Shown: one piece after another, positions 20,714 to 29,840 of the stretch
How the letters are laid out: the number at the start of each line of letters is the position of its first letter
Position numbering within the stretch: position 1 is the stretch's first letter
Assembly (NCBI GenBank): GCA_963843735.1
Contig: CAWJLN010000009.1
Span: 104,182-168,181, forward strand
Direction: 5' to 3'
Length of the DNA stretch: 64,000 nt
DNA from: an uncultured Gammaproteobacteria bacterium
GTDB lineage: Bacteria > Pseudomonadota > Gammaproteobacteria > JAKDMP01
Position numbers and translations under genes: made by a program
Notes under the pieces: generated by a model
The model's input: the letters and a program-made list of their open reading frames with translations, nothing else
The model's database searches: none
Told to the model about the DNA's origin: nothing

Positions 20714-22816
20714 TCAGCCCGACGGCGGGGTCAAGGAATCCGCTTCTTCGACAAGGGTATCCGCCGTCACGCCGATGAGCGTAATCAGATGCGGAATGCC
20801 GGGGGGCGCGGAGGCGATATCCGGCGGCGCCGCGAGCCGGATTCCCGTTGCCGGTGTCGCCTTGCCGCCGAGAGTACCGGCGGCGGCGGCGAGTCCCGCG
20901 GCCCAGTCGTCGGCCAGCGGTGCCAGCGCCGGCAGCCTCTCCAGACCGATATCGAGCCGGGCACCGAACGCGCCGAGATGCCGCATCAGATGCTCGAAAT
21001 GCGCGTTCAACTGAAAAAATCGCGTGCGCTCGCCGACTATCCGCCGCGGTTCCGCGAGCATCGTTTGCAGCGCGGCCTCCACGTTTACCGCGGCAAGCTC
21101 GGCCTCGCGGCGCGCGTCCAAGACGGTGGCGCAGAATCCGTCGCCCGTGGCCGCGGCCTTGAAGGAAGCATCCAGATAGCGGGCCGCCGCCGTCAACGCC
21201 TCGGCAAATCGGGCGGGCACCCGCCGGCCGCCCCAGGCGGGCCAGAGCAGATGCGCGCCGACGATCGCCAGCACGATGCCGCCCAGGGTTTCGCCGGCAC
21301 GTTCGAACACGAAGTTCCAACCCTGGGACGGATCGTACAGGGCAAGCAGGATGATGACGAGCGGCGTCAGACAGGCCACGAAAAAACCGTAGTGAAACCG
21401 GATGGTGAAGACCGTGAAAAACACCAGCACGGCCACCGCGGCTTCGCGCCCCGCGGGCGTCGGAAACGCCACCAAGACCGCGCCCGCAACGAATACGCCG
21501 GCAAGCGTCCCCGCCGCCCTCGCCACGGCGCGCAGCCGGGTGGCGCCGAAATCCGGCTGCATCACGACGAGCACCGTGAGCACGAGCCATATCCCGTGCG
21601 GCAAGCGCCAATAGACTTCGATCGCCATCGCGCCGCCGGCGACGACGCCGAGACGCAGCGCATGGCGGAACAGCGTCGAACGCAGCGTCCATTGCGCGCG
21701 CAGCGTATGCAGCAGCTCGCGTACCCTTTGAACCGGCGCAAGCTTGGGAAGCCAGTCTGCGGTTCTTCGCGGGCGGGAGCGAGAGAGAAAAGCGCCGGCC
21801 TCGGCGGCCTGCTGCAGTCGGGCCGTGCCGGCACGAAACGCTTCGAGCGCGACAGTCCGCGCCGCCGCGAGCCCGGAATCGGCGGTCTGCAATCCGGCAA
21901 GCGTTCCGATTTTTTCACCGACTTCCTCTCCCGGCTCCCAGCCGTGCGATTTGATCACGGCGCGGGCGGCGCCGGCAGCGGCACGCGAAATCGCGAGCGT
22001 CGCCGCGTCCAGCGCCGCAAGCGCTTCACGGTTGCGCGCGAACCCCGCGCGCAGATCGGCCAGGGTCATCGCGAGCACCGTCAGGCGGGAGGAAACGTAA
22101 AGCAATGTCCACAGCCGCGTCAGCGCAGGATTCGTCGCCGGCGCCATCGCGCGCGTGACGCCCAGTGCATTGCGCGCCTGCTCGATTCCCGCGCGCACCG
22201 CCAGCTCTTTCGCACTGAGCGTTTTGCCGCGCGCGGTCGGGACGGCGGCAAGCAGACGCGCGGCGGCATCCAATGCACTGCCGGTTTCGCGCTGAAGTGC
22301 GAGATAGGGACGCAACCGCCAGGCGGCAAGCACGAGCGCGAGCGTCCACACGCTTCCCGCCAGGAACCATCCGGTCTGAACCAGCGCCGCAGCCGCAGAC
22401 GCCTGCGTAAACGTACCCATCAGGAAGGTGGCGCCCATCACCATGCCCAGCGGCAGGCCCATCGTTCCCAGCGCCCTGAGCAATCCGCCGAGAAAGGCCA
22501 GCGCGAACATGGCGAGCGCCGCCGCCCACCAGACGTTTCCGATCTGCGCCCCGAGCAGATAAATCTCCGGAAGCGTGAGGCAAAGCAGACTGATGGAAAA
22601 CAGACGATCGCGGTAGGGTCCGCCGCTGTCTGAAATGGCGATCTGCAGCGCGCCGATCGCGAAGAACAAACCGGCGAGCGGCAGTCCGATGAGCCGGAAC
22701 ACGGTGAGCGGCAAGGCGATGGCGAGCACCGCCCTCACCGCCAACCCGACGGCGATCTGGTTGGGCGGGAAAGCAAGGCGTGCGCGCAGGCGCCGCAACC
22801 AGGTTTCGCTCCTCAC
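20714..22816 (-). CDS. FUSC / YccS-type integral membrane protein
   Basis: 700 aa with two hydrophobic blocks separated by a long helical cytoplasmic region. This is the architecture of the fusaric-acid-resistance (FUSC) family. Assignment is by architecture only. Confidence 0.65.
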   Translation of the reverse strand: MRSETWLRRLRARLAFPPNQIAVGLAVRAVLAIALPLTVFRLIGLPLAGLFFAIGALQIAISDSGGPYRDRLFSISLLCLTLPEIYLLGAQIGNVWWAAALAMFALAFLGGLLRALGTMGLPLGMVMGATFLMGTFTQASAAAALVQTGWFLAGSVWTLALVLAAWRLRPYLALQRETGSALDAAARLLAAVPTARGKTLSAKELAVRAGIEQARNALGVTRAMAPATNPALTRLWTLLYVSSRLTVLAMTLADLRAGFARNREALAALDAATLAISRAAAGAARAVIKSHGWEPGEEVGEKIGTLAGLQTADSGLAAARTVALEAFRAGTARLQQAAEAGAFLSRSRPRRTADWLPKLAPVQRVRELLHTLRAQWTLRSTLFRHALRLGVVAGGAMAIEVYWRLPHGIWLVLTVLVVMQPDFGATRLRAVARAAGTLAGVFVAGAVLVAFPTPAGREAAVAVLVFFTVFTIRFHYGFFVACLTPLVIILLALYDPSQGWNFVFERAGETLGGIVLAIVGAHLLWPAWGGRRVPARFAEALTAAARYLDASFKAAATGDGFCATVLDARREAELAAVNVEAALQTMLAEPRRIVGERTRFFQLNAHFEHLMRHLGAFGARLDIGLERLPALAPLADDWAAGLAAAAGTLGGKATPATGIRLAAPPDIASAPPGIPHLITLIGVTADTLVEEADSLTPPSG

Positions 22817-22934
22817 CGTAAAGCCCCGGACAACAAAGGCCGAAAGCTAGTTTACTGTGCTGCAGCAAACCAGGCTTATACGCGGCGGCCATTGACAAAC
22901 CCGGGCGCTCAGGGCACGATCATGCACCCAACGG

Positions 22935-23414
22935 TTGAGATACGGAAAATCCATGACCGCCTACTCGCATCTTCTCGCTGCGGTGGATCTGGGCACCGAT
23001 TCCGAAGCCCTGGTGCGGCGCGCGGTCGGCGTGGCCGCCGATTTCGGCGCCCGATTAAGCCTCGCCCACGTGGTCGAGTATCTGCCGGCCGAGCCCGCGG
23101 GCGAAGCACTGCTGCCGGCGACGGCCGAACTCGAACCCGAACTCGTGAACGGCGCCGAACGACAACTGGCCGAACTGGCCGCGCGCGCGGGCTGCGGCGA
23201 CGCCCTGCAACACGTTGCGGTCGGCAACATCCCCTCCGAGCTTGCGCGGATCGCCGAGGATCTGGGCGTGGATCTGCTCGTCACCGGTGCGCACGAGCAT
23301 CGCGGGATTTTCTTTTTCGCTGGCGGCACCGAGCGCTCGCTGCTGAAACGCGTCGGCTGCGATATCCTCGTCATCCGCCTGCGCAAAGGCGAGAAGGCCA
23401 CCGAATCCGCCTGA
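22935..23414 (+). CDS. Universal stress protein (UspA family)
   Basis: 159 aa: HLLAAVDLG...LSLAHVVE...DLLVTGAHEHRG. Confidence 0.8.
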   Translation: MRYGKSMTAYSHLLAAVDLGTDSEALVRRAVGVAADFGARLSLAHVVEYLPAEPAGEALLPATAELEPELVNGAERQLAELAARAGCGDALQHVAVGNIPSELARIAEDLGVDLLVTGAHEHRGIFFFAGGTERSLLKRVGCDILVIRLRKGEKATESA

Positions 23415-23463
23415 ACCGGCGCGCACTGTTAAAATCAGCCGGCATTCCACCGCAGGCAGGAAC

Positions 23464-23844
23464 GTGACCGAGAGCCGGCACGAAATCAACGTCAAGGTCG
23501 CGAGCGACTTTCTCGCCGATCAGTCGGAACCGGCGAACAAGCGCTACGTCTTCGCCTACACCGTCACCATCGAGAACACCGGCGAGATCGGCGCGCAACT
23601 GCTCACCCGACACTGGATCATCACTGACGCTGACGGCGAGGTGCGCGAGGTGCACGGCGACGGCGTCATCGGCGAAACGCCCTACCTCAAACCCGGCGGC
23701 GGCTTCCGCTACACCTCGGGCGCCGTACTCACGACTCCCGTCGGCACCATGCAGGGCAGCTACCAATGGATCGGCGATGACGGTGTGCCCTTCGACGCGC
23801 CCATCCCGCTGTTCCGGCTCGCCGTTCCCGGCGTGCTGCACTAA
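23464..23844 (+). CDS. apaG: ApaG (DUF525) protein
   Basis: 126 aa: YVFAYTVTIENTGEIGAQLLTRHWIITDADGEVREVHGDGVIGETPYLKPGGGFRYTSG. Followed by apaH. Confidence 0.85.
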   Translation: MTESRHEINVKVASDFLADQSEPANKRYVFAYTVTIENTGEIGAQLLTRHWIITDADGEVREVHGDGVIGETPYLKPGGGFRYTSGAVLTTPVGTMQGSYQWIGDDGVPFDAPIPLFRLAVPGVLH

Positions 23845-23864
23845 AGCAACCTCACCGCAACAAG

Positions 23865-24689
23865 GTGGCCATTTTCGCGATCGGAGACGTCCAGGGCTGT
23901 GCGGACGCGCTCAAACAACTCCTTGAACGCATCCGCTTCGATCCGCACGAAGATCGCCTGTGGTTTGCGGGCGATCTCGTCAACCGCGGTCGCCATTCGC
24001 TGGAAGTGCTGCGCTTTGTGCGCGGACTCGGCGACAGTGCGATTACCGTACTCGGCAACCACGACCTGCACTTGATCGCCATGGCCGAAGGCGTGCGCCC
24101 ACCTTCGCACAGTCTCAACGCGGTGCTCAAGGCCAAAGACGGCCCCGATCTCATCGCCTGGCTGCGCACGCAACCGTTGCTCCGGTACGACGAGGAACTC
24201 GGCTACGTGCTCGTACACGCCGGACTCGCGCCCGCGTGGACGCTCGCCGAGGCACAATCGCTGGCCCACGAGGTGGAAGCCGCACTTGCCGGTCCCGGCG
24301 CGAAAAAACTGCTGCGCGGCATGTACGGTGACAAACCCGCGAGCTGGCGCGATGATCTCACGGGCACCGAACGGCTGCGCGCCATCATCAACGTCTTCAC
24401 CCGCCTGCGCTACGTCACCGCCGACGGCAAGTTCGATTTTGAACATACCGGCGCGCCCGGCACTCAACCGCCGCATCTCATGCCCTGGTTTCTCGCGCCC
24501 GGCCGGCGTAATGCCGACGAACACATTCTCTTCGGCCACTGGTCCACGCTCGGCCCGGTGAACGCACCCAACGTCTATCCGCTCGACACCGGCTGCGTGT
24601 GGGGCGGCAAGCTCACCGCGATGCGTCTCGACGGCGAAGGCGGCTGGTACGCGATCCCTTGCCCGCGCGCGGCCGCGCTGCGCAAGTGA
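23865..24689 (+). CDS. apaH: Bis(5'-nucleosyl)-tetraphosphatase, symmetrical
   Basis: Metallophosphatase motifs IGDVQGC, GDLVNRG, GNHD, HAG..., FGHW. Confidence 0.9.
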   Translation: MAIFAIGDVQGCADALKQLLERIRFDPHEDRLWFAGDLVNRGRHSLEVLRFVRGLGDSAITVLGNHDLHLIAMAEGVRPPSHSLNAVLKAKDGPDLIAWLRTQPLLRYDEELGYVLVHAGLAPAWTLAEAQSLAHEVEAALAGPGAKKLLRGMYGDKPASWRDDLTGTERLRAIINVFTRLRYVTADGKFDFEHTGAPGTQPPHLMPWFLAPGRRNADEHILFGHWSTLGPVNAPNVYPLDTGCVWGGKLTAMRLDGEGGWYAIPCPRAAALRK

Positions 24690-24732
24690 TGCCGCGCTAC
24701 ACTGATGCGGCCATTTTCCGCAGCGGTTTTAC

Positions 24733-25515
24733 ATGTTGAACGAAGAACTCGCCGGTTATCACGCGCTGGTCTGCGGCGCGAGCCGCGGCATCGGCCGCGC
24801 CACGGCAGAAGCGCTCGCCGCACACGGCGCAAGCGTGACGCTACTCGCCCGCGATGCCGGGACGCTTGCCGAAGTGTGTACGGCGCTGCCCGTCGCCAAG
24901 GGCGCACATCACGAAACGCTGGCCGCCGATCTCGAAGACACGCGGGTACTCGCCGATAAAATCCAATCGCTCGATCACCCGGTCCACCTCCTCGTCAACA
25001 ACGCGGGCGGGCCACCGGGCGGGCCGCTGATCGAAGCCGAGCCCGATGTGTTTCGCCGCGGCTTCGAGCGCCTCCTGCTCGCCGCGCATCTCCTGACGCA
25101 GCAACTCGTGCCCGGCATGCGTGCCGCCGGCTACGGACGCATCATCAACATCATCTCCACCTCGGTGCGTGAACCGATCCCCGGCCTCGGTGTTTCCAAT
25201 ACCATTCGCGCCGCCTGCGCCGCCTGGGCGAAGACGCTCTCGCGCGAACTTGCGCCCGACGGCATCACGGTGAACAACGTGCTGCCCGGCTACACCGCAA
25301 CCGATCGTCTCTCGACATTGTTCGCGACGCGCGCCGAACGCACGGGCAAAACACTCGGGGAAATCGAAGCGGCGGCACGCACGTCCGTCCCCGCCGGGCG
25401 CTTCGCCACGGCGGAAGAAATCGCCGCCGCCGTCGCCTTCCTCGCCTCGCCCGCTGCAAACTACATAACCGGCGTATCGCTGCCCGTGGACGGCGGCCGG
25501 TTGCACGGCATCTGA
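24733..25515 (+). CDS. Short-chain dehydrogenase/reductase
   Basis: GASRGIGRA cofactor motif, NNAG, and a classical SDR length of 260 aa. Confidence 0.85.
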   Translation: MLNEELAGYHALVCGASRGIGRATAEALAAHGASVTLLARDAGTLAEVCTALPVAKGAHHETLAADLEDTRVLADKIQSLDHPVHLLVNNAGGPPGGPLIEAEPDVFRRGFERLLLAAHLLTQQLVPGMRAAGYGRIINIISTSVREPIPGLGVSNTIRAACAAWAKTLSRELAPDGITVNNVLPGYTATDRLSTLFATRAERTGKTLGEIEAAARTSVPAGRFATAEEIAAAVAFLASPAANYITGVSLPVDGGRLHGI

Positions 25516-26954
25516 TGGAACGCTTCGAGAACTTCATCGCGGGCGAATTCGTCGCGGCGAAGAACGGCGAATGGCTGCCCGTGTACGAGTCGGCGACCGG
25601 TGAGCAATATGCCGAAATTCCCGATTCCAACGATGCCGACATCGCCGCCGCCGTCGTCGCGGCACGCGCGGCTTTCCCGGCCTGGTCGGCGCTTCCCGCC
25701 ATCGAACGCGGGAAGATCATGGAGCGCATCGCGCAAGGCATCGAGGCGCATCTGGACGAACTCGTCGCGCTCGAAAGCCGCGACCAGGGCAAGCCCGAAT
25801 CGCTTGCACGCCGTGTGGACATCCCGCGCGCGGCGCTGAATCTTCGCTTCTACGGCGCGGCCGCGAGCCAGTTCGCGAGCGAAGCGCATCCGACGCCCGG
25901 CGCATTCAACCTCACGCTGCGCAACCCGCTCGGCGTCGCCGGCTGCATCTCGCCCTGGAATCTGCCGCTCTACCTTTTTACCTGGAAACTCGCGCCCGCG
26001 CTTGCCGCCGGCTGCACCGTGGTTGCCAAGCCTTCGGAATGGACGCCGGCGACGGCGACTCGTTTCGCCGCCATCGCCCATGAGGCGGGGTTGCCACCGG
26101 GCGTGCTCAACGTCGTGCACGGACTCGGCGAACGCGCCGGACGCGCCCTGGTGGATCATCCCGATGTGCCCGCGATCACCTTCACCGGCGGCACCGCGAC
26201 CGGCGCCGACATTGCACGCCGCGCGGCGCCGAAGTTCAAGCGGCTTTCGCTCGAACTCGGCGGCAAGAATCCAACGCTGGTCTTTGCCGACTGCAACTTC
26301 GATGAGGCGCTCGCTGGAGCACTCCGCGCGGCGTTCTCCAACCAGGGCGAAATCTGCCTCTGCGGTTCGCGCATACTGGTGGAAAAGCCGATCTATAAAC
26401 GCTTCCGAGACGCCTTCGTCGCCGGCGCGAAAAAACTCAAGGTCGGCGATCCGCGCGATGCCGCCACCGACATCGGCGCCCTCGTTTCGCGCGAGCACTA
26501 CGACAAAGTGCTCGGCTGCATCGCGCTCGCGCGCGAAGAAGGCGGAAACATTCTCTGCGGCGGCGAGGCATTGAAAATGCCGGGACGGCTTGCCGGCGGC
26601 TGGTTCGTCGCGCCCACCGTGATCGAAGGGCTCGCAAACGACTGCCGCAGCAATCAGGAAGAAATCTTCGGCCCCGTCGCGGCATTGATCCCCTTCGACG
26701 GCGAAGACGAAGCGCTCGCGATCGCGAACGACGTCCGCTATGGACTCGCCGCCTCGCTGTGGACCGAAAACCTCGGCAAGGCCTTGCGCGTTGCCGAGCA
26801 CTTGCAGGCGGGGCTGATCTGGGTCAACTGCTGGATGCTCCGCGATCTGCGCACCCCGATGGGCGGCGTCAAGGATTCCGGCATCGGCCACGAGGGCGGC
26901 TTCGAATCCATGCGCTTCTTCACCGAAACCCGCAATCTCTGCCTCAAGTACTGA
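25515..26954 (+). CDS. NAD(P)-dependent aldehyde dehydrogenase
   Basis: 479 aa with FTGGTATG, LELGGKNP and the catalytic-Cys region NQGEICLCGSR. Its start overlaps the SDR stop. Confidence 0.9.
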   Translation: MERFENFIAGEFVAAKNGEWLPVYESATGEQYAEIPDSNDADIAAAVVAARAAFPAWSALPAIERGKIMERIAQGIEAHLDELVALESRDQGKPESLARRVDIPRAALNLRFYGAAASQFASEAHPTPGAFNLTLRNPLGVAGCISPWNLPLYLFTWKLAPALAAGCTVVAKPSEWTPATATRFAAIAHEAGLPPGVLNVVHGLGERAGRALVDHPDVPAITFTGGTATGADIARRAAPKFKRLSLELGGKNPTLVFADCNFDEALAGALRAAFSNQGEICLCGSRILVEKPIYKRFRDAFVAGAKKLKVGDPRDAATDIGALVSREHYDKVLGCIALAREEGGNILCGGEALKMPGRLAGGWFVAPTVIEGLANDCRSNQEEIFGPVAALIPFDGEDEALAIANDVRYGLAASLWTENLGKALRVAEHLQAGLIWVNCWMLRDLRTPMGGVKDSGIGHEGGFESMRFFTETRNLCLKY

Positions 26955-27230
26955 ACACCGAGACGACTTTAATTGTATGTTTTATCTTCATTTCCGCGCC
27001 CAAGCAGGCCTTGTACGCCTGGTCAGACCCAGGCGTCGCCGATCTCGCCTTTGGCGCCAGGAACGGCCGCACGCGCGGCTTTGATCGCAAGTCGAGGCAA
27101 GCCCAGGCCATCGCCCATGGCCAAGTCCCGAATCCCGTTGCATTTATGACGCATTTACATGCGATAATGGGATCGTGAGCTTGAGAACTTCTGTGCTTTC
27201 TTACCGTAAGGCGGGAACGGACTACGGCCG

Positions 27231-27821
27231 ATGATGCAAAACCTCACACGCGTGTGCATGGATGCCACCTTGCGGATGTTCTCCACCCGGACAAATTACT
27301 GGGCCGAATTCGGCGTGGATATGACGCTGTCTGCCGTGCTGATCTATGAGGGCTTGCGGCTACACACCGGCGGCCTCTTGACGGTGCTTCTGGCCATTGG
27401 GCTCGGCCTGTTTGTGTTCACCTTCATTGAGTATTGTTTTCACCGCTGGCTTTTCCATATGCGGGTTCCGCTGTTCGAGCAGGGCCATCGCATGCATCAC
27501 GAGCACCCGCGCGGCTACGACTCGCTGCCGTTCTTCCTTCCGGCGACGGTGGTGTTGGGCCTGACCGGCCTGGGCGTGCTGATCATGCCCACCGGCTTCG
27601 TTTTTTTGATGACGGGTGCCATGACGTTCGGTTACGTCTCCTATGGTCTGAGTCACCACATCATCCATCACGCCCGTTTCAGGCAACCGCTGCTCATGCG
27701 CTGGGCGGCCGCCCATCACATTCACCACCATCATTCCGACTGCAACTTCGGCGTCACCACGCCGTTGTGGGACATCCTGCTGCGCACGCGCTATGCGCGG
27801 CGGCATCCCGGAAGGGCATAA
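27231..27821 (+). CDS. Fatty acid hydroxylase / sterol desaturase-family membrane di-iron enzyme
   Basis: His boxes HRWLFH, HRMHHEH, HHIIHH and HHIHHHH within a four-helix membrane protein. Confidence 0.7.
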   Translation: MMQNLTRVCMDATLRMFSTRTNYWAEFGVDMTLSAVLIYEGLRLHTGGLLTVLLAIGLGLFVFTFIEYCFHRWLFHMRVPLFEQGHRMHHEHPRGYDSLPFFLPATVVLGLTGLGVLIMPTGFVFLMTGAMTFGYVSYGLSHHIIHHARFRQPLLMRWAAAHHIHHHHSDCNFGVTTPLWDILLRTRYARRHPGRA

Positions 27822-27857
27822 CCCGACCCTCCGTCCGGCCTGCCGGGCGTTTCCGCA

Positions 27858-28802
27858 TCAATAGACTTCGAGGAACATCCGCGGGCCGGGGCGTACGTGA
27901 CGATGGAATTCCTCGCTCGTGTACTCCAGGGGTCTCTTGCCATCGGGCGGGTGGCGCAGCGTGATGTAGCTGTCGAGTCCCGCCTTCAGCAGTTCGCGAT
28001 AGATCGCATTCTCCATGTTCTTGATTCCACACACGTAGATCAACGTGTTCGGCTGGGCGAGCGTTTCGCGCAGTTCTTCGTCCTCGCCGATCTCGTGATG
28101 CACGTAGCGCTTGAAACCGTCCATGCGCCGATCTTCGCGCGACACCACGGAGCGATAGCGGAACCCCGGGAGTTCCCGCGCCGGACCGGTGAATAAATCG
28201 TGATAGAGATAGTCGGTGCGATAGGGCACGCCCACGATCAGGTGGATGCGCGAACTTTGCACGCCCGCCGCCAGCAGATCGAGCACCATCGCGCGGAACG
28301 GCGCGATCCCGGTGCCGGTGGCGAAGAAGACGTAGTTGTGCCGATCGGGTTCGACGGGCAGCAGAAAACGTTTGCCCGCGGGGCCGGTCATTTCGACTTC
28401 GTCACCGATCTGGAGATCGCAGAGGAAATTCGAGCAGACGCCGAGATACAGGCGATGCGTCGGTCCGTGTTCTTCCAGCACACGCTTGACCAGCGTCGAG
28501 GCAAGCCGTCCTTCGCCCTTTTCGCCGCGCGAGGGCGAACTTACCGAGTAGAGCCTGAGTTTGTGCGGCTTGCCGTCGGCGTCGGTGCCGGGCGGAACAA
28601 TGCCAAAGCTCTGGCCGGCAAGCAGCCGCCCTTCGAGCGGCGTACCGCCGACATCGAAGGTGACGTGACGCACGAAGTTGGGGCTAGCCTCCGCCGTGAC
28701 GATCTGCGATTCCGCCAACGGTACCCTGACCGGCGCGTTTGCGCGGCACAGATTGACCGCCACCTCCGGCATTACCGGCGCCGCATCCACCATACTGTCC
28801 AA
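27858..28802 (-). CDS. Ferredoxin-NADP(+) reductase (plant-type FNR fold)
   Basis: RLYSVSS (FAD RxYS motif), GTGIAPFRAM (NADP GTGxAP motif), C-terminal ...FLEVY. Confidence 0.8.
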   Translation of the reverse strand: MDSMVDAAPVMPEVAVNLCRANAPVRVPLAESQIVTAEASPNFVRHVTFDVGGTPLEGRLLAGQSFGIVPPGTDADGKPHKLRLYSVSSPSRGEKGEGRLASTLVKRVLEEHGPTHRLYLGVCSNFLCDLQIGDEVEMTGPAGKRFLLPVEPDRHNYVFFATGTGIAPFRAMVLDLLAAGVQSSRIHLIVGVPYRTDYLYHDLFTGPARELPGFRYRSVVSREDRRMDGFKRYVHHEIGEDEELRETLAQPNTLIYVCGIKNMENAIYRELLKAGLDSYITLRHPPDGKRPLEYTSEEFHRHVRPGPRMFLEVY

Positions 28803-28877
28803 AATCGCCTCTCCCGTGAGGACTGCAAATCAGCGATACAGGATAACGGAATGGTCCGTATGCAGGCGCGACGCAAC

Positions 28878-29831
28878 TCAGTTCAGGGCGCCGCCGCAGG
28901 AACTGCCCTGCCCGGCAGTGCAGCCGTAGCAGTGGCCGGAAACGGCAATGGGACGCCCGGCGAGGTCCGCGTCCAGGAGTTCGGCAAGGTGCGTGCGCCG
29001 CCCGCCGAGCGGCATGTCGAGCATCTGGTTGAAGTCGCAGTCGTACACGTAGCCGCGCCAGTCCACGCTGATGAGCGAGCGGCACATCACGCGCTCCATG
29101 TTTTCGTTGCGATGCGCGCCGCGCAGCGTCGTCATGTATTCCTCGAAGCGCCCCTTGGAGACGAGCCAGCTTCCGAAGCGGCCGATCGGCAGGTTTGCAA
29201 GCACGAAAAGCCGGTTGAAAGTAATGCCGAAGTGTTCGTCGAGATAGCGCCGGTAGTCTTCTTCGAGCGGCCCCTGCGCCGGAGGCAGCACCGGGTCCTG
29301 CGGGTTGTAAACGAGATCGAGCACGAGTCCGCTGCCTTCCACACCGTAGCCGAGCGCATTGAGTCTTTGCAGCACGCGGATGCTTCCGCCGTACACGCCG
29401 CTGCCGCGCTGACGGTCCACGTTGTGTTCGAGATAACAGGGCAGCGAGGCGACGATTTCCACCCGCTCGCGCGCGAGAAACTCACCGAGATCCTCGTAGC
29501 CGGGCTCCTCCAGGATGGTGAGGTTGCAGCGATCCATCACCCGCTTGCCCAGCGCGCGCGCTTCCTGCACCAGCCAGCGAAAGTTCGCATTCATCTCCGG
29601 CGCGCCGCCGGTGAGGTCCAGCGTTTCGATCTCGGGACGTTTGAGAAATGCGAGCACCGTCTCGGCGGTTTCCCGATCCATCTGCTCCTTGCGGTGCGGA
29701 CTCGCGGCGACATGGCAATGCAGACAGGCGAGATTGCACAGATACCCGAGGTTCACCTGGAGCGTATCGGGGCGCGCGCGCGTAAGCGCGGGGAAAGGCG
29801 TGCCGGCGAGGCGCGGGCGAACGTCATGCAT
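28878..29831 (-). CDS. ArsS-family radical SAM / Cys-rich-domain protein
   Basis: CNLACLHC (CxxxCxxC) near the N-terminus, plus the characteristic C-terminal Cys-rich tail VSGHCYGCTAGQGSSCGGALN of the arsenosugar-synthase (ArsS, DUF3641-containing) family. Confidence 0.8.
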   Translation of the reverse strand: MHDVRPRLAGTPFPALTRARPDTLQVNLGYLCNLACLHCHVAASPHRKEQMDRETAETVLAFLKRPEIETLDLTGGAPEMNANFRWLVQEARALGKRVMDRCNLTILEEPGYEDLGEFLARERVEIVASLPCYLEHNVDRQRGSGVYGGSIRVLQRLNALGYGVEGSGLVLDLVYNPQDPVLPPAQGPLEEDYRRYLDEHFGITFNRLFVLANLPIGRFGSWLVSKGRFEEYMTTLRGAHRNENMERVMCRSLISVDWRGYVYDCDFNQMLDMPLGGRRTHLAELLDADLAGRPIAVSGHCYGCTAGQGSSCGGALN

Positions 29832-29840
29832 GATCGAGTT

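Noticed and set aside
22892-22923. TTGACA hexamer upstream of the usp gene as a promoter -35 box.
   Set aside because: No acceptable -10 hexamer lies at 16-19 nt spacing. The best candidates are CACGAT and GATCAT, which is too weak to report as a feature.
27023-27154. 43-aa minus-strand ORF (MRHKCNGIRDLAMGDGLGLPRLAIKAARAAVPGAKGEIGDAWV) in the 276-bp gap between the aldehyde dehydrogenase and hydroxylase genes.
   Set aside because: It has no ribosome-binding site and no recognisable family. It could be a gene-fragment remnant, but there is nothing to support calling it.
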